The notes beneath the pieces were generated by a model. The model did no database searches. It saw only the letters and a list, made by a program, of their open reading frames with translations, and was not told the origin of the DNA. Shown here one piece after another: positions 40,640 to 53,718 of a DNA stretch of 63,401 nt. This DNA is from Octopus sinensis (lineage: Eukaryota). The stretch spans positions 1 through 63,401 of the forward strand of contig NW_021832421.1 of NCBI RefSeq assembly GCF_006345805.1, written 5' to 3'. A program made the translations under genes and the position numbers. Numbering within the stretch: the first letter of the stretch is position 1; each line of letters opens with the position of its first letter.

Positions 40640-41585
40640 TCAAGGTACTTACACTCTGCCGAGTGTGAGTGTAATGCCGGTACTCACACTCGGCAGAGTG
40701 TAAGTACCTTGAGAGAAAAGCTGGACCTAAGAAGCATCAGTTGTGGTGTGCAAGAGAGACGTTTGCGCTGGTATGGTCATGTGGCGAGAATGGATGAAGA
40801 TAGTTGTGTGAAAAAGTGCCACACCCTAGCGGTTGAGGGAACCTGTGGAAGAGGCAGACCCAGGAAAACCTGGGACGAGGTGGTGAAGCACGACCTTCGA
40901 ACTTTAGGTCTCACTGAGGAAATGACTAGAGACCGAGACCTCTGGAAGTGTGCTGTGCGCGAGAAGACCCGGCAGGACAAGTGAGTCCACAACCCGTGGC
41001 CTTCTACATGGGATGGAGCCAGCCTACGTATGCATACCTTCCCTTCTTGGGACACAAAACTCTACTTGTGAAGACGTGTTGAGGCAAGTGAGGATCAGAA
41101 TCGAAATCGATCAATGGAAATTGCGGATGTGCTACCAGTGCCGGTGGCATGTCGAAACTCTGCTTGTGAAGACCCATTGAGGCAAGTGAGGATCAGAATC
41201 GAAATCGATCAATGGAAATTGCAGATGTGTTACCAGTGCCGGTGGCATGTAAGAGAACTTTCCGTTTCGCGACCGTTGCCAGCACCGCCCCGTTTCGTGT
41301 CCGTTGCCAGCCTCACCTGGCCCTCGTGCCGGTGGCACATAAAAAGCACCATCCGTTCGTGGCCGTTTGCCAGCTCTTTCTGGCACCAGTGCGGGTGGCA
41401 CGTAAAAAGCACCCACTACACTCATGGAGTGGTTGGCGTTAGGAAGGGCATCCAGCCGTAGAAACACTGCCAGATTTGACTGGGCCTGATGAAGCCTTCT
41501 GGCTTCACAGACCCCAGTAGAACCGTCCAACCCATGCTAGCATGGAAAACGGACGCTAAATGATGATGATGATGATGATGATGAT
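40640..41585 (+). mobile_element. RTE-clade LINE 3' portion (same family) with 5' fold-back
   Basis: ORF 40709-40984 RRLRWYGHVARM...GRGRPRKTW. Same 3' UTR with an internal duplication of about 98 bp. (GAT)n tail. Confidence 0.92.
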
Positions 41586-42383
41586 ATGCACTTGAAACAG
41601 CCTTTGATTAAAGCATTGAGATGTTTACACATTTATAACAGAAGTATACAAACTTAGAACAATACTTGCTGCAATATTTTGCTTCAGAGGCATTTTTGAT
41701 AAACTTTTGTGTTACAAAACACAGGATTTTGTTCAGAATGCCAGTGGATCACCAGACATGGTGGTTTGGTCTCCTCAGGGGTGAATAATCTGGATATTCC
41801 AAACCAACATAAAAAATGCTGTTCCAAAATAGAAATCGGTTAACAAAATATTTCCTGGTTTGTGCAGAAGTTGGTCAAGTTCAAATTAAATACACAAACT
41901 TGAAACCACCATGTAAGCATGAAATCCACTTAGAGAAGTTTCTCTGAAACAAAATATTCAGATAAATGCTGTTGCATGTTTGTATAAATATTATGAATGT
42001 ACATACACACCTGTATCTTAATTAGCTAACTGAAATTTTTTCATTAATTAGTGAATTAAAACAGAAATCCATTGGCAATAGTTAAGAGACTTTTTAAGAC
42101 AAAGAAGGATAATTTCAAACAATTAGGAATTACCATTTTTAGCACAGTGTGAAAGTATTATTTATCAAAGCAGATACAGTGCATACGTACTTAAGGTGCC
42201 TTGCAACAGGATTGAACCTGTAGCCACATGGTTGAGAAGCAAGCATTCTAACCACACAGCCTTCCCTGTTCATAACATTTATTTTATGTTTTATTATTCT
42301 ATTTATTTAAATGGTAACAAGTTTACTTTACATAATGAGATCCCAAGTTTGATTTAAGGACAAAATATTCATTGAAAGCAAAC

Positions 42384-42790
42384 AGGTGCTGGAATGGTTG
42401 TGTGGCAAGTAGCTTCCTTCCCAATCACATGGTTCTGGGTTCAGTCAAACTGTGTGGCACCTTGGGCAAGTGTCTTCTACTATAGCCTTGGGCCAACCAA
42501 AGCCTTTCGAGTAGATTTGGTCGATGGAAACTGAAAGAAGCCCATCATATATCTATATCTATATGTGTGTGTGTATGTGTGTTTGTGTTTGTCCCCTACC
42601 ATCGCTTGACAACCAATGTTGGTGTGTTCATGTCCCCGTAACTTAGCAGTTCGGCAAAAGAGCACGATAGAATAAGTACTAGGCTTACAAAGAATAATTC
42701 CTGGGGGCAATTTTTTCGACTAAAGGCAGTGCTCCAGCATGGCCACAGTCAAATGATTGAAACAAATAAAAGAATAAAAGAAAAAGAAAT
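42384..42790 (+). mobile_element. tRNA-derived SINE family A
   Basis: Colinear with 59669-60083. Confidence 0.85.
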
Positions 42791-44056
42791 GACTGAAAAA
42801 AGGGAAAAGAATTCAGAAAATAATTTTTTTTTAAATGTTGATGGGCCTTCATAATGCCTGTCCCCTCAATTACACATGGCACCTGAGGGGTGGAGTGCTG
42901 GAGTGGGTCCCCTTTAAATCAATCTCTGTTAATTTAGGGCCTTAAGGGACATAATATGATTAACCATTTAACATTTAAACCAGCCAAAGCATTCCACCTG
43001 TTTTATGTTCAAACTGGCCGGATCTGGCCTCTCACATCAACCCTACCATGCCGTTCCCAAACGGAACAGCCACCTCATCAAAATCTCAAAGCTACGAGAT
43101 AATACAGGATTAATTCCAAACAATGCAATTAACAAAGCATTACTTTTGACAGTATAATGCTAAAGGGTAAAGGAAAGTGCCTTTAAGAAATAGCAGCCAA
43201 GTCTCTCTCAAATCATTCACATTCCACTATTAAGAAAAAAGAGGTGACACCCTGCTTGGAACAAAAAGACATGATGGATCACAGCTGGGATATTTATGTT
43301 CAGAAGTCAACTCGATCGGGGAGGAGGGTGACTTGGGGCTAAAAGATTGCTCTTTCAGATAATTTCCTTCTAATCTTTAAAAGACAAAAAAAAAAAAGAT
43401 ACACTGCATCTGAAAGGACGGGATGGTCATAGCCGGAACGTCTTTGACCAATCAGAGGTGATCTGGTGTTTCACTTTTTATAGATCAATGATGTTGATCT
43501 ATAAAACATTCCTGATCAACTCTTATTGGTCAAAGGCGTTCCAGCTGTTACCATCTCGTCTTTTTAAAGGCATCGTGTATCTAGGACTAACGTACGTTCT
43601 TTTTGAGACAGTAGGGTATGATTTTGAGGGTGGTTTAGCTACTATTTAAAAACCCTTGAACAGGAATAGGTGACTATTTTAGAAAAACGAACCATAAGAC
43701 AGGCCGCACTAATAAAAAAAAATTTGGAGTTAATTTTACGTTAGGCACCACATTTAGAAAGTGCTAGAACAACAGGTGCTCGATGCAACGTTTGTATGTA
43801 TGTGCGTTTATTTAAATATGTGGACTCGGGCTTGGCCCAATGGTAACAACTTCATTTCACAATCATGAGACGTCAGGTTCGATCTAATGGCGTGGTAGTT
43901 AGGTGGAATGCTTTCTACCACGGGCTAGCTTCAATTCAACCCATGTGAGTGTATCTAAAGAGGCGGGAACTGTAACAAGTCTGTTACATGAGCTGCAAAC
44001 TTGTAAATTCAAATAGTCATCTCTGACGCAGTGTCATGCTGTCTTCCGGATAAGGA

Positions 44057-44349
44057 TGTGGGACGACGTCAGCAGCTGGACGTCAGTAGCTGGGTGCGTT
44101 GACTGGAAGCTGGGGCAACTGGAAGGGGCAGCTGTGAGGCGTGCGCAGGCAGCGGTCAATTGGGCCTTTCCAACGTGGGTTGTGCAGGTGACAAGACGTG
44201 TGCGGACGTTACTAAGGGCTTGGGCTAGCAGCTGCTATCGTTAGTGTTCGGGTCGGGGCTGTGTCGAAGGACTAGTTACCACTGGAGGGTCTCCGTCATG
44301 AGGAAGAGAAGGTAGGTGCCTTTATATTCAAATCGCACACCACACCACA
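44057..44349. mobile_element. Possible LTR (TG...CA)
   Basis: GC-rich 293-bp block bounded by TGTGG...CCACA, just upstream of gag. No TSD or PBS recognised. Confidence 0.45.
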
Positions 44350-44399
44350 AGCTATTTTGGCAGTTCTTAAACATTTACATTTCAACACGATTCGTCGCC

Positions 44400-45100
44400 A
44401 TGATGTCTGCAAAAATTAGGATCGCCAGCAACGTTGTCAGACCTTTTAGTGGTGAAGGCGATGTAGTGGCCTGGATTCGCAAAATCAGGCTGGTGGCAAG
44501 ACTGTAAGGTATAAGTGATGTGGTGAGTCTTATGGCGCTGTATTTAGAAGGGAGCGCCTTAACGCTATACCTAGAGATGGATGAAGAGGAACGGCTCAGC
44601 GAGGAGAACATAGAGTGACGCTTATGGGATGCCTACACGGAATGCAAATACACAGCTTTTGCTAAGCTAGGTGCAATCAGGTGGACGGGAGGCCAAGTGG
44701 ATGACTATGCATCAGAAGTTAGAAGGTTAGCGACTCTGGCTGGGTTTGCGGGAGAAGGGCTGGAGAGAGCAGCCCAGCTGGCGTTTGTGAATGGGTTCCC
44801 CGACGATGTAGGGATTCACCTACAACGACTGCCTGGGATTAAAAAGATGCCGCTGAGCAAACTTGTGGCTCAGGCTCGCGTGTTGACGAGACACTCTGGA
44901 TGGAAGGCGATAGCGATGGCGGTAACGGAGGCGCGTAAAGACGGACGACGCCCCGAGAAAGACGTACAGAAGCTTACCATGCAACGAGAGCGGCCGTTCT
45001 CAGGACAGTGTTTTAGATGCCAGGGACCGCACATGGCGCGGGACTGTACGCAGCCGGGGCCCGTTTGCTATCGATGCAGGCAGACAGGGCACATTGCCCT
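44400..45100 (+). pseudogene. Ty3/gypsy-type gag remnant with two zinc knuckles
   Basis: MMSAKIRIASNVVRPFSGEGDVVAWI...YLEGSALTLYLEM...VDDYASEVRRL...AFVNGFP...CFRCQGPHMARDC...CYRCRQTGHIA. Two in-frame stops; truncated before pol. Confidence 0.85.
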
Positions 45101-45270
45101 CGTGGCGTTTTTAGTGATTGCAGTGATAATGCAACCATTAGGAAGTTCTGTTCGCCTAACAAATGGAATAGTCTTCATGGAAAGCGATGGAGGATCCATA
45201 GCTTTACTTACACAAAATGATAGAGAGATAGAGAGGAGAAAAGGAGGAAGGTAAACAAATAGATAAGTGA

Positions 45271-45307
<37 letters not shown>

Positions 45308-45407
45308 TACATATAAATTATATATACATACACACACACACACGCACATATATATATATCTGCAATATGACATATATATAGTAAAAGTCAGTGTACAATA
45401 TAAATAT

Positions 45408-45997
45408 ATGACTAGAGACCGAGGCCTTTGGAAGTATGCTGTGCGTGAGAAGACCCGGCAGGACAAGTGAGACCATAACCCGTGGCCTCTACATGGGATT
45501 AGCCAGTCCACTTATGCATATCTTTCCTTCTTGGGACACAAAACTCTACTTGTGAAGACCTGTTGAGGCAAGTGAAAATCAAAATCAAAATCGATCAACA
45601 TAAATGGAAATTGTAGCTGTGATACAATTGCTGGTGGAACATAAGAGAACCATCCGAACGTAGCCATTGCCAGCGCTGCCCCAACTGCTCTCCGTGCCGG
45701 TGGCATGTAAAAAGCACCATCCGATCATGACCGTTGCCAGCCTCACCTGGCCTCCGTACCAGTGGCACGTAAAAAGCACCATCCAATCATGGCCGTTTGC
45801 CAGCCTCGTCTGGCACCTGTGCCGGTGGCAGGTAAAAAGCACCTACTACACTCACGGAGTGGTTGGCGTTAGGAAGGGCATCCAGCCGTAGAAACATTGC
45901 CAGATCAGACCAGGCCTGGTGCAGCCTTCTGGCTTCCCAGTTGAACCGTCCAACCTATGCTAGCATGGAAAGCGGACGCTAAACGATGATGATGATG
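45408..45997 (+). mobile_element. RTE 3' end fragment
   Basis: MTRDRGLWKYAVREKTRQDK*, shared 3' UTR and (GAT)n tail. Confidence 0.88.
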
Positions 45998-46693
45998 ATA
46001 TATAAAATTAGAAAAAACCCACCTTTTATCAATTCAAAATGAACAATTAAATTACACCATCTGGCTTTATTGAGAAAATGTATAGCTTGTAAGATATTTG
46101 TTGTTTTTTTCTTCAATTTCTGCAATTTCAACCAATCATTGACGTCTATTGAGGTGAAAACATTCTGTGCCGTATGAATATGTCCCTCGTTTAAGAAACA
46201 GATTGGGTTTATTTACATTTGTGAAGAAAAAAAGATACCCTCCACCCACCCCTAATCCTAACCCTAAAACAGATTGAAAAGCAATAGATCGAAACTAAGG
46301 TTATAATTATGGGTGACAATTTCATATGACACCGCTAGAAAAACTGCCGTTCAAACCGAAAGGATCCGAAAATTATATATAATAGAAATATTAATATTAA
46401 AATAACAATAAAATATCAATGATTAAGTAAATTGCAAAAAAAAAATATTAAAAACATATAATTTTATATATATATTATATTGTGTGAAATTTGATTTAGT
46501 ATTTCTAAATTGAATGTTTTTTTTTCCCTGTAAGTTTGGATTTATATTCCCTCAAATAATAATAATTATTATATATATATACACACACACATACATATAA
46601 ATTATATATACATACACACACACACACACGCACATATATATATATCTGCAATATGACATATATATAGTAAAAGTCAGTGTACAATATAAATAT

Positions 46694-47283
46694 ATGACTA
46701 GAGACCGAGGCCTTTGGAAGTATGCTGTGCGTGAGAAGACCCGGCAGGACAAGTGAGACCATAACCCGTGGCCTCTACATGGGATTAGCCAGTCCACTTA
46801 TGCATATCTTTCCTTCTTGGGACACAAAACTCTACTTGTGAAGACCTGTTGAGGCAAGTGAAAATCAAAATCAAAATCGATCAACATAAATGGAAATTGT
46901 AGCTGTGATACAATTGCTGGTGGAACATAGAGAACCATCCGAACGTAGCCATTGCCAGCGCTGCCCCAACTGCTCTCCGTGCCGGTGGCATGTAAAAAGC
47001 ACCATCCGATCATGACCGTTGCCAGCCTCACCTGGCCTCCGTACCAGTGGCACGTAAAAAGCACCATCCAATCATGGCCGTTTGCCAGCCTCGTCTGGCA
47101 CCTGTGCCGGTGGCAGTAAAAAGCACCTACTACACTCACGGAGTGGTTGGCGTTAGGAAGGGCATCCAGCCGTAGAAACATTGCCAGATCAGACCAGGCC
47201 TGGTGCAGCCTTCTGGCTTCCCAGTTGAACCGTCCAACCTATGCTAGCATGGAAAGCGGACGCTAAACGATGATGATGATGAT
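46694..47283 (+). mobile_element. RTE 3' end fragment (duplicate of 45408-45997)
   Basis: Near-identical copy inside the 1.29-kb tandem duplication. Confidence 0.85.
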
Positions 47284-48250
47284 ATATAAAATTAGAAAAA
47301 ACCCACCTTTTATCAATTCAAAATGAACAATTAAATTACACCATCTGGCTTTATTGAGAAAATTGTATAGCTTGTAAGATATTTGTTGTTTTTTTTCTTC
47401 AATTTCTGCAATTTCAACCAATCATTGACGTCTATTGAGGTGAAAACATTCTGTGCCGTATGAATATGTCCCTCGTTTAAGAAACAGATTGGGTTTATTT
47501 ACATTTGTGAAGAAAAAAAGATACCCTCCACCCACCCCTAATCCTAACCCTAAAACAGATTGAAAAGCAATAGATCGAAACTAAGGTTATAATTATGGGT
47601 GACAATTTCATATGACACCGCTAGAAAAACTGCCGTTCAAACCGAAAGGATCCGAAAATTATATATAATAGAAATATTAATATTAAAATAACAATAAAAT
47701 ATCAATGATTAAGTAAATTGCAAAAAAAAAATATTAAAAACATATAATTTTATATATATATTATATTGTGTGAAATTTGATTTAGTATTTCTAAATTGAA
47801 TGTTTTTTTTTCCCTGTAAGTTTGGATTTATATTCCCTCAAATAATAATAATTATTATATATATATATATATATATATACAATATGTTACATTACTCGGT
47901 AGTCAAGATAAAACTCTGAGTTTCAGATGCCGAAGTGGAAATCCACAACACCATCTCTTCGGTTATCTGGCTATTTGAAAACGTTATGAAAAAATACCGT
48001 TAAAAATGAAGGGAAATTACTCTGTTATAACTCTGCTTTGCCTGCGTACTTATACATCGCTCGCATTTTTCGTCATAAAAATTATATAAAAATACATAAA
48101 AATATATAAAAATATATAAAAATATATAAAATCTTCTTGGGACATAACACAGAAAGCATGTTCTATCCGTTTTCTTTAGGGGACCAAAAACGTAACAGAA
48201 ATTTAGTCACATGTGGGCATGATCCAAAAAGCTGTCCTTGTATTTAGACA

Positions 48251-49520
48251 TTATGTAGGGTCTAAGCTGCTTTTCCAGATAAGCCATCTCTCCATGTCGC
48301 ATAAACCGCACCTTCCGCTGCCGTTAGTATAGGGCTTACATCTGGCCAAAATCTTCCATTGTATGTTATAATCGACACCTTTATCTCTTAAAGACCAAAT
48401 ATGATTGGATAATTGTGTCGCTTTTCTTTTGTTCCAGTGCCTAAAGCTCAAAGTGTGGTTATTGAACCTGGCCTTGAAATTACCCTCTGTCAGGCCCACG
48501 TATTTCTTCGTCGAAACGGTGTCTTTAGTGGTTATAGAGTTTACGGTAGCTTCATATATGATGGTCTTGGACATGCAAGCTCCATTTAGCGGGCACAATT
48601 CTTTATTCCTGCATGAACAGCTGTTTTCTTCTTGTGTTTTTTGTATGTTATGATTGATTATGTTTTTAAAATTGGTAGTTGAACTAAAACTAATTTTTAA
48701 ATTGTGTCTATTGAAGAGTTTCCTATAAGCATGGTTAACTGGAAAATGTCTATCTATCAGTGCTAGGAAATATTTACCTATATTGAAGGCCACCTCGGGT
48801 GAGTAAGGGGGCGTAAACCAGATGACCTTCCTATTTCTATTATTCCTTTTCCTTATTGTTGGGCTGGTGATAGGTGTATATTTTATTTTTTCGCTAAAAC
48901 CACTATCTTTTAAAGCTTTATTATAAACTGGGGCAATGCTATTGAAGATGTCCTCATTAGATGAGAGGCTAGAAATCCTCTTACTAATATTTTTAACTAA
49001 ATTTTTGAATACTATAGGGGGATGGCATGAACCTACATTAATATAACTTAGTCTATCATTGGGCTTCCTATAAGGCTTATAAATATTATTATTAAGATCT
49101 AAGGAAACGTCTAAGAAATTGACAACCGTCAGGTTAGTGTCTATAGTTATACTAAGTCCGAAGTGTTTCATTAACTGGATAATATCCTTCCTAAAACGAT
49201 CTTGTGCTGGTCCATTTGTATTAGCTGTTAAGGCGAGGGCATCATCTTTGTAGATGGCGAAATGTACGTTAGGGAATGTCTTACTGAAGGTATCTAGGAG
49301 AAAGAGTCCAATTAGATCACAGATGCCTGCCCCATCATATGAACCCATGCTCACATCGAAAGCGCCCTCCGTGTCGGTGTTTTTTACCCACTTTGCATTC
49401 TCACTGAAAAGTAATGTCTTTCTAGCATGGAAGATTATATCCTTATCATTGGTACTAATTTCTATGAAGTCACTAGCGAAGATTAGGGCTTTATCTAGCA
49501 GTTCTTTAGAGATAGAGGCA
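48251..49520 (-). pseudogene. Penelope RT/GIY-YIG ORF, truncated, with a premature stop near the C-terminus
   Basis: Motifs: SISKELL, FDVSMGSYDGA, YKDD, FLDVSL, YKPYRKPN, WFTPPYS, CSCRNKELCPLNGAC, IIYEAT...KYVGLTEGNFKARFNNH, CGLC. The residual tail (CLNTR / SCPHVTKFLL) lies beyond the TAA and a frameshift. Confidence 0.9.
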
Positions 49521-49655
49521 TTTTTATGATTTATTGATTTTTATGCCTCTATCTCTAAAGAACTGCTAGATAAAGCCCTAAAGTGTGGTTATTGAACCTG
49601 GCCTTGAAATTACCCTCTGTCATTTTTAACGGTATTTTTTCATAACGTTTTCAAA

Positions 49656-49729
49656 TAGCCAGATAACCGAAGAGATGGTGTTGTGGATTTCCACTTCGGC
49701 ATCTGAAACTCAGAGTTTTTTCTTGACTA
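49656..49729 (+). ncRNA. Variant hammerhead motif (CCGAAGA core) in the Penelope pseudo-LTR; mirror copy at 47900-47973 (-)
   Basis: agataa-CCGAAGA-gatg..catc-t-GAAAC-TCAGA-GTT-tt(a/t)tct. Confidence 0.55.
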
Positions 49730-49819
49730 CCGAGTAATGTAACATATTGTATAGATAAATTTCCTCTATTTACATAATATTGAGGTCTCTTTCTTTCTTT
49801 TGTTATCTTACCGTTTTAT

Positions 49820-49922
<103 letters not shown>

Positions 49923-49969
49923 AATGTTAAGAGAAAAAGAGAGAGAGGGAAAGGGTGAAAGATTTGAAG

Positions 49970-50068
49970 ATGGCGACCAGAAGCCGTGTGTTAATTGCTT
50001 GTACAGGCAGTGTAGCTGCAGTGAAGATTCCTCTTCTTATAAAACAACTACAACAAACTGACCCGACT
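49970..50068 (+). CDS. PPCDC: PPCDC coding exon 1 (MATRSRVLIACTGSVAAVKIPLLIKQLQQTDPT)
   Basis: ATG at 49970. N-terminal FMN-binding motif of HFCD flavoproteins (VLIACTGSVAAVK). 99 nt ending at a GTAAGT donor, phase 0. Confidence 0.93.
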
Positions 50069-50290
50069 GTAAGTTTTCTAAACAACTCTTCACACAAACT
50101 GTACCAGTTGCACACACACACACGTGCGTCTGTCAGTTATATATATATGTATATATATGTATGTGAGAGAATAACAATATTTTGTGATTTATTTTGCGGA
50201 CACCTATCCAGATATATGTTTCAATATTAAATTCGTACTGCATGTACACATACATACATAACCGGCTACCTGTCTATCTATTTATATTAA

Positions 50291-50425
50291 GGGCATTACT
50301 ACACGTAAATGCCTCACGCTATTAGGGACTCTTAAAGTCAAAACTACCTTAAATAAATCTGTTTTTTTTTAGGGTTGGCTTCAAAGGTTGCATTCCTCAC
50401 TGTGTATTTACGTGTAGTAATGCCC
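50291..50425. mobile_element. TTAA-flanked MITE (Kolobok-like GG termini) in PPCDC intron 1
   Basis: Perfect 30-bp inverted repeat 50281-50310 / 50406-50435, including TTAA on each side. Confidence 0.7.
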
Positions 50426-52968
50426 TTAATATAAAGGAATGTATTTAAGGGAATAATTATAAATTTTTCCTTTATGAGACTTTCATGCTGACTACTTCAT
50501 ATAATTTTAGAAAGATTTTATCCTATTTTAAAGTTTACCTTTACGTATAAACAGAGTAAACTACCCGGTTCACGCATGCGTACTTTGGCACACACACATA
50601 TTTAGTACAGTACAAATTACCTCCCTTGTTCCCGACTCCCGAGGAAGACGAGCGGAATGGCTTCTGTCCTTCACATTCCGTCCAAAATTGGCGAGATTGA
50701 CTCCGTTAATGACCCATTTAAACTGTTGGACGGAGGTAAAGGATGTGTACCCCTCCCTTTCTTTGGTGTAACAAAGACGCTAACCGTAAACACCGGATGT
50801 GCGTATTCTTTACTTTCGCCAAATGTTGCATGTCGACGACATAAGCAAGGAAAAAATTGCGGAGGGTCGACGTTCCACTGAGGAAGGACTGGACAGAGTT
50901 GTTAGCGGATGGACCATTAAGATGTGGAGTGAGAAGAAGAGAGATGAATGAGGTTGGAATTTCTTGAGTGGAGGTGGTACAAGATGAACTTTGAGGAGCA
51001 GAGGCCGCGGGACTGGAGCTTGCTTGTGAGTGACAATATGTGGCCAAAGATGTCTGTGTGTACAACAGCTGAACTGTCCTTGAAATAGGGGGGGGGGGAG
51101 TACTTCGCCGTGGGTCTCATATAAGGCTTGTTAGGGAATTAATATTGTTGCAAAGAAATTTCAGTGCAATTTTGGAATAACCGTCACTACTTAGTAAAGA
51201 AGGAAAGCGCAAGGAATTGGGCTAGAAGTAAATATGCGATAATTGACTTGAACTCTGAAGGTAAAGAGTTAAAAGAAATGCCGGGATCGCCTAAAAGAGC
51301 CATAGTTGAGGTACATTGTGTCTGGGGTTCAGAGGTTTGCTGGATCAGGTCTGTTTAACACCAGCATTCCTTGGGCCCCGGGGGTTACCCTAGCGGGTTT
51401 TAGTCTATTGGAGACATTTGGACCAGATCTTACGCCTAAGGATAACTTTCACAAACCAGGCTCAGAGGCCCTGAGAAAGGTCATGAGGCGCAGTCGTTCT
51501 TCCTTTAATTAATTACTTAATAAAAATTAAACAAAAAAAAAAGAAAAAAACTCGAATGAAACACGGTTCTTTCTCTCAACCGGTGTTCAATTAATTGCAA
51601 CCTCGTTATTTATTTGACCAACTTTATTAGGATATAATTATGTCCCTTGGATTAGTTTCGAAAGTTGTTTTTTTTGTGGCATAATTACAGTTTAGTGCCC
51701 CGCCGAATTTGTTTTCTCGAAATATTCTGTAAAATGCGTATCTTTATATGATATTTTGCAGATATAAGTTTTCCATTGCGTTAATAAATAAATAAAAAAT
51801 GGAAAACGTTTTGGAAACATTTCCAGTCATTTCCTCCCTACATTCTCCACCTGTAATTTTCCTTCCCCCTTGCTTCTTCCCTTCCTATCTTTTGTGGTTG
51901 TTGGTGCATTCATTGATAACATCACAACCAGATTTCGTCACTTTTCCTGACCTCTGTAAGTTGAACCTGAGGCCTGTCCACTCTTTAATGGCCTGGTTGT
52001 TTTCATCGTCATCAATGTATCATGGGCAAGTTAGTTCAGTGGCTCCCATTCGTTTGCATCTACTTGAGACACCTTGACCTCAAATACTAGGCCGTTGACC
52101 ACGGTCCCAGAGTATTTCGTCAACCGGTGCAGTGTTAACATTATCCCCTGATTTGGTTTGGCCCACCAGCTGAAGCGGAAGGTCTTGGGGTGTTGTACTA
52201 GGATCCATGAAGTGAGAGATTAGGAGTTGAATGAGGGCCAGTGATGCCTGTCCACCTGACCATTCCTGGCAAAGTGCAGCTGTCAGTCACCAAAGCAGCT
52301 GCCTCTATTCAGATCCCAAACCTTTTCTTTTTATATATATACATTTGAAACATTGCCGTTATGTTCTCTACGCTCTGAACAAACTGTTTCTTCAAAATAT
52401 CATTCAAAAATATGCATTTTTAAGAGAGTTATGAGGAAACAAAGACAGAAATAGGGAGAATGATTTGATACTCCTCAAAAAAGTTAAATATTTCATTAAA
52501 TGTTATCAACACAATCAGAATGTATGCATGGCTGTGTGGTAAATACGTCCTGGCATGGCTGACCAAAGACTTGTGGTTTGGTTGGTTATAGTAGAAGCCC
52601 CTCAGCACACAGTTTCTGTTTAACTTTTGGTGCCATATAATATGTGTCTGTGAACTGCTGCTGTGTGTAAGTGTTTCTTAGTCCTCGCATCATGTGATGG
52701 TTGTGTGTGAGAGTCACCATAGTACAAGCTGTGTCCTCCATTTCTATGTCTGGCCATTGAGAAATGTTATACTTGGAAACAAGAATGGCGCTTGGCAACA
52801 AGAAGAGTTTATCTGGTTGTAGAAAAATCCACGTCAAATTTCGTCTGAGCCATTCAAGCATGGGAAAGTGAATATTAAATGAGAATGGTGATGATGATTA
52901 TATGTTAGTCCAGGATGATTGCCCTCTCTTCACCCTTGAATGATAAAAGTATTTGTTCTCTTTTGTAG

Positions 52969-53064
52969 TTTGAAATTCAACTTGTTGTCACAAAGAATTC
53001 CTTGTTTTTCTTTGATACTAATGCTGTACAGGTGAATATTTACCAAGATGAGGATGAATGGAAA
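52969..53064 (+). CDS. PPCDC: PPCDC coding exon 2 (FEIQLVVTKNSLFFFDTNAVQVNIYQDEDEWK)
   Basis: Not in the ORF track; found by reading. Acceptor ttctcttttgtag, donor GTGAGT, 96 nt, phase 0/0. Matches the PPCDC VVT...F...Y.D.DEW segment. Confidence 0.9.
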
Positions 53065-53567
53065 GTGAGTTTGTCTTTTATTATATCTCTCTCTCTCTCT
53101 ACCAAAAACTCTCTCTCCATTTGTCTTCCTTTTCTCTCTATCCATATATAGTACATCTCTCTTCATTTGTCTCTCTACCAAAATATTTACCTGGTTCCAC
53201 ATCTCTTGTAATATTTCTCCTTCACTGGTTTTCCATCAATACGTCTCCCCCCTCTCTCTCACTATATCTCCTTTTTTTCTCCCTATCTCTTTATCAAAAT
53301 GTCTTTGTGTCTTCATACTCTTGCTGGTGCCGTGAATAAAGCACCCAGTCCACACTCTGTAAAGTGGTTGGCATTAGGAAGGGCATCCAGCCATAGAAAC
53401 CAAGCCATAACGGACAAGTGGAGCTTGGTGCAGCTCTCAGGCTTGCCAGCTCCTGTTAAGCCATCTAACCTATGCCAGCATGGATAACAGGACGTCAAAT
53501 GATGATGATGACGACCGTGTGTGTATGTATGTATATATGTATGTATATGGATCTTTCCTTTTCCTAT

Positions 53568-53602
53568 GTTTCTGATGAAGAGCTCTGCTCGAAACGTTAA
53601 AT
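53568..53602 (+). ncRNA. Minimal hammerhead motif, sense strand of PPCDC intron 2
   Basis: gttt-CTGATGA-a-gagc tct gctc-GAAACGTT-aaat. Confidence 0.55.
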
Positions 53603-53718
53603 CCTTTCTTTCCTTTCCTGAGCGTCCAATAACACTATACTTGTTCCACATCCTCACGTTGTTGTGTTTTCATTATTATATATATATATACTTTATTTAA
53701 AGCAGCAGAAAATTCAAC

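Larger units (their letters stand above)
45290..47870. repeat. Near-perfect 1.29-kb tandem duplication
   Basis: Offset 1286 (gtaaaagtcagtgtac at 45381 and 46667). Differences are single-base or microsatellite indels. Confidence 0.93.

Noticed and set aside
41486-41492. CTGATGA as a hammerhead core (also at 36848 and 59024)
   Set aside because: No correctly spaced GAAA, stem III or stem I. The 41486 case is a point variant of ctggtgca in the RTE tail.
46248-46268. Interstitial telomeric repeats (ccctaa; also ttaggg near 19208-19219)
   Set aside because: Only two or three imperfect units inside dispersed repeats.
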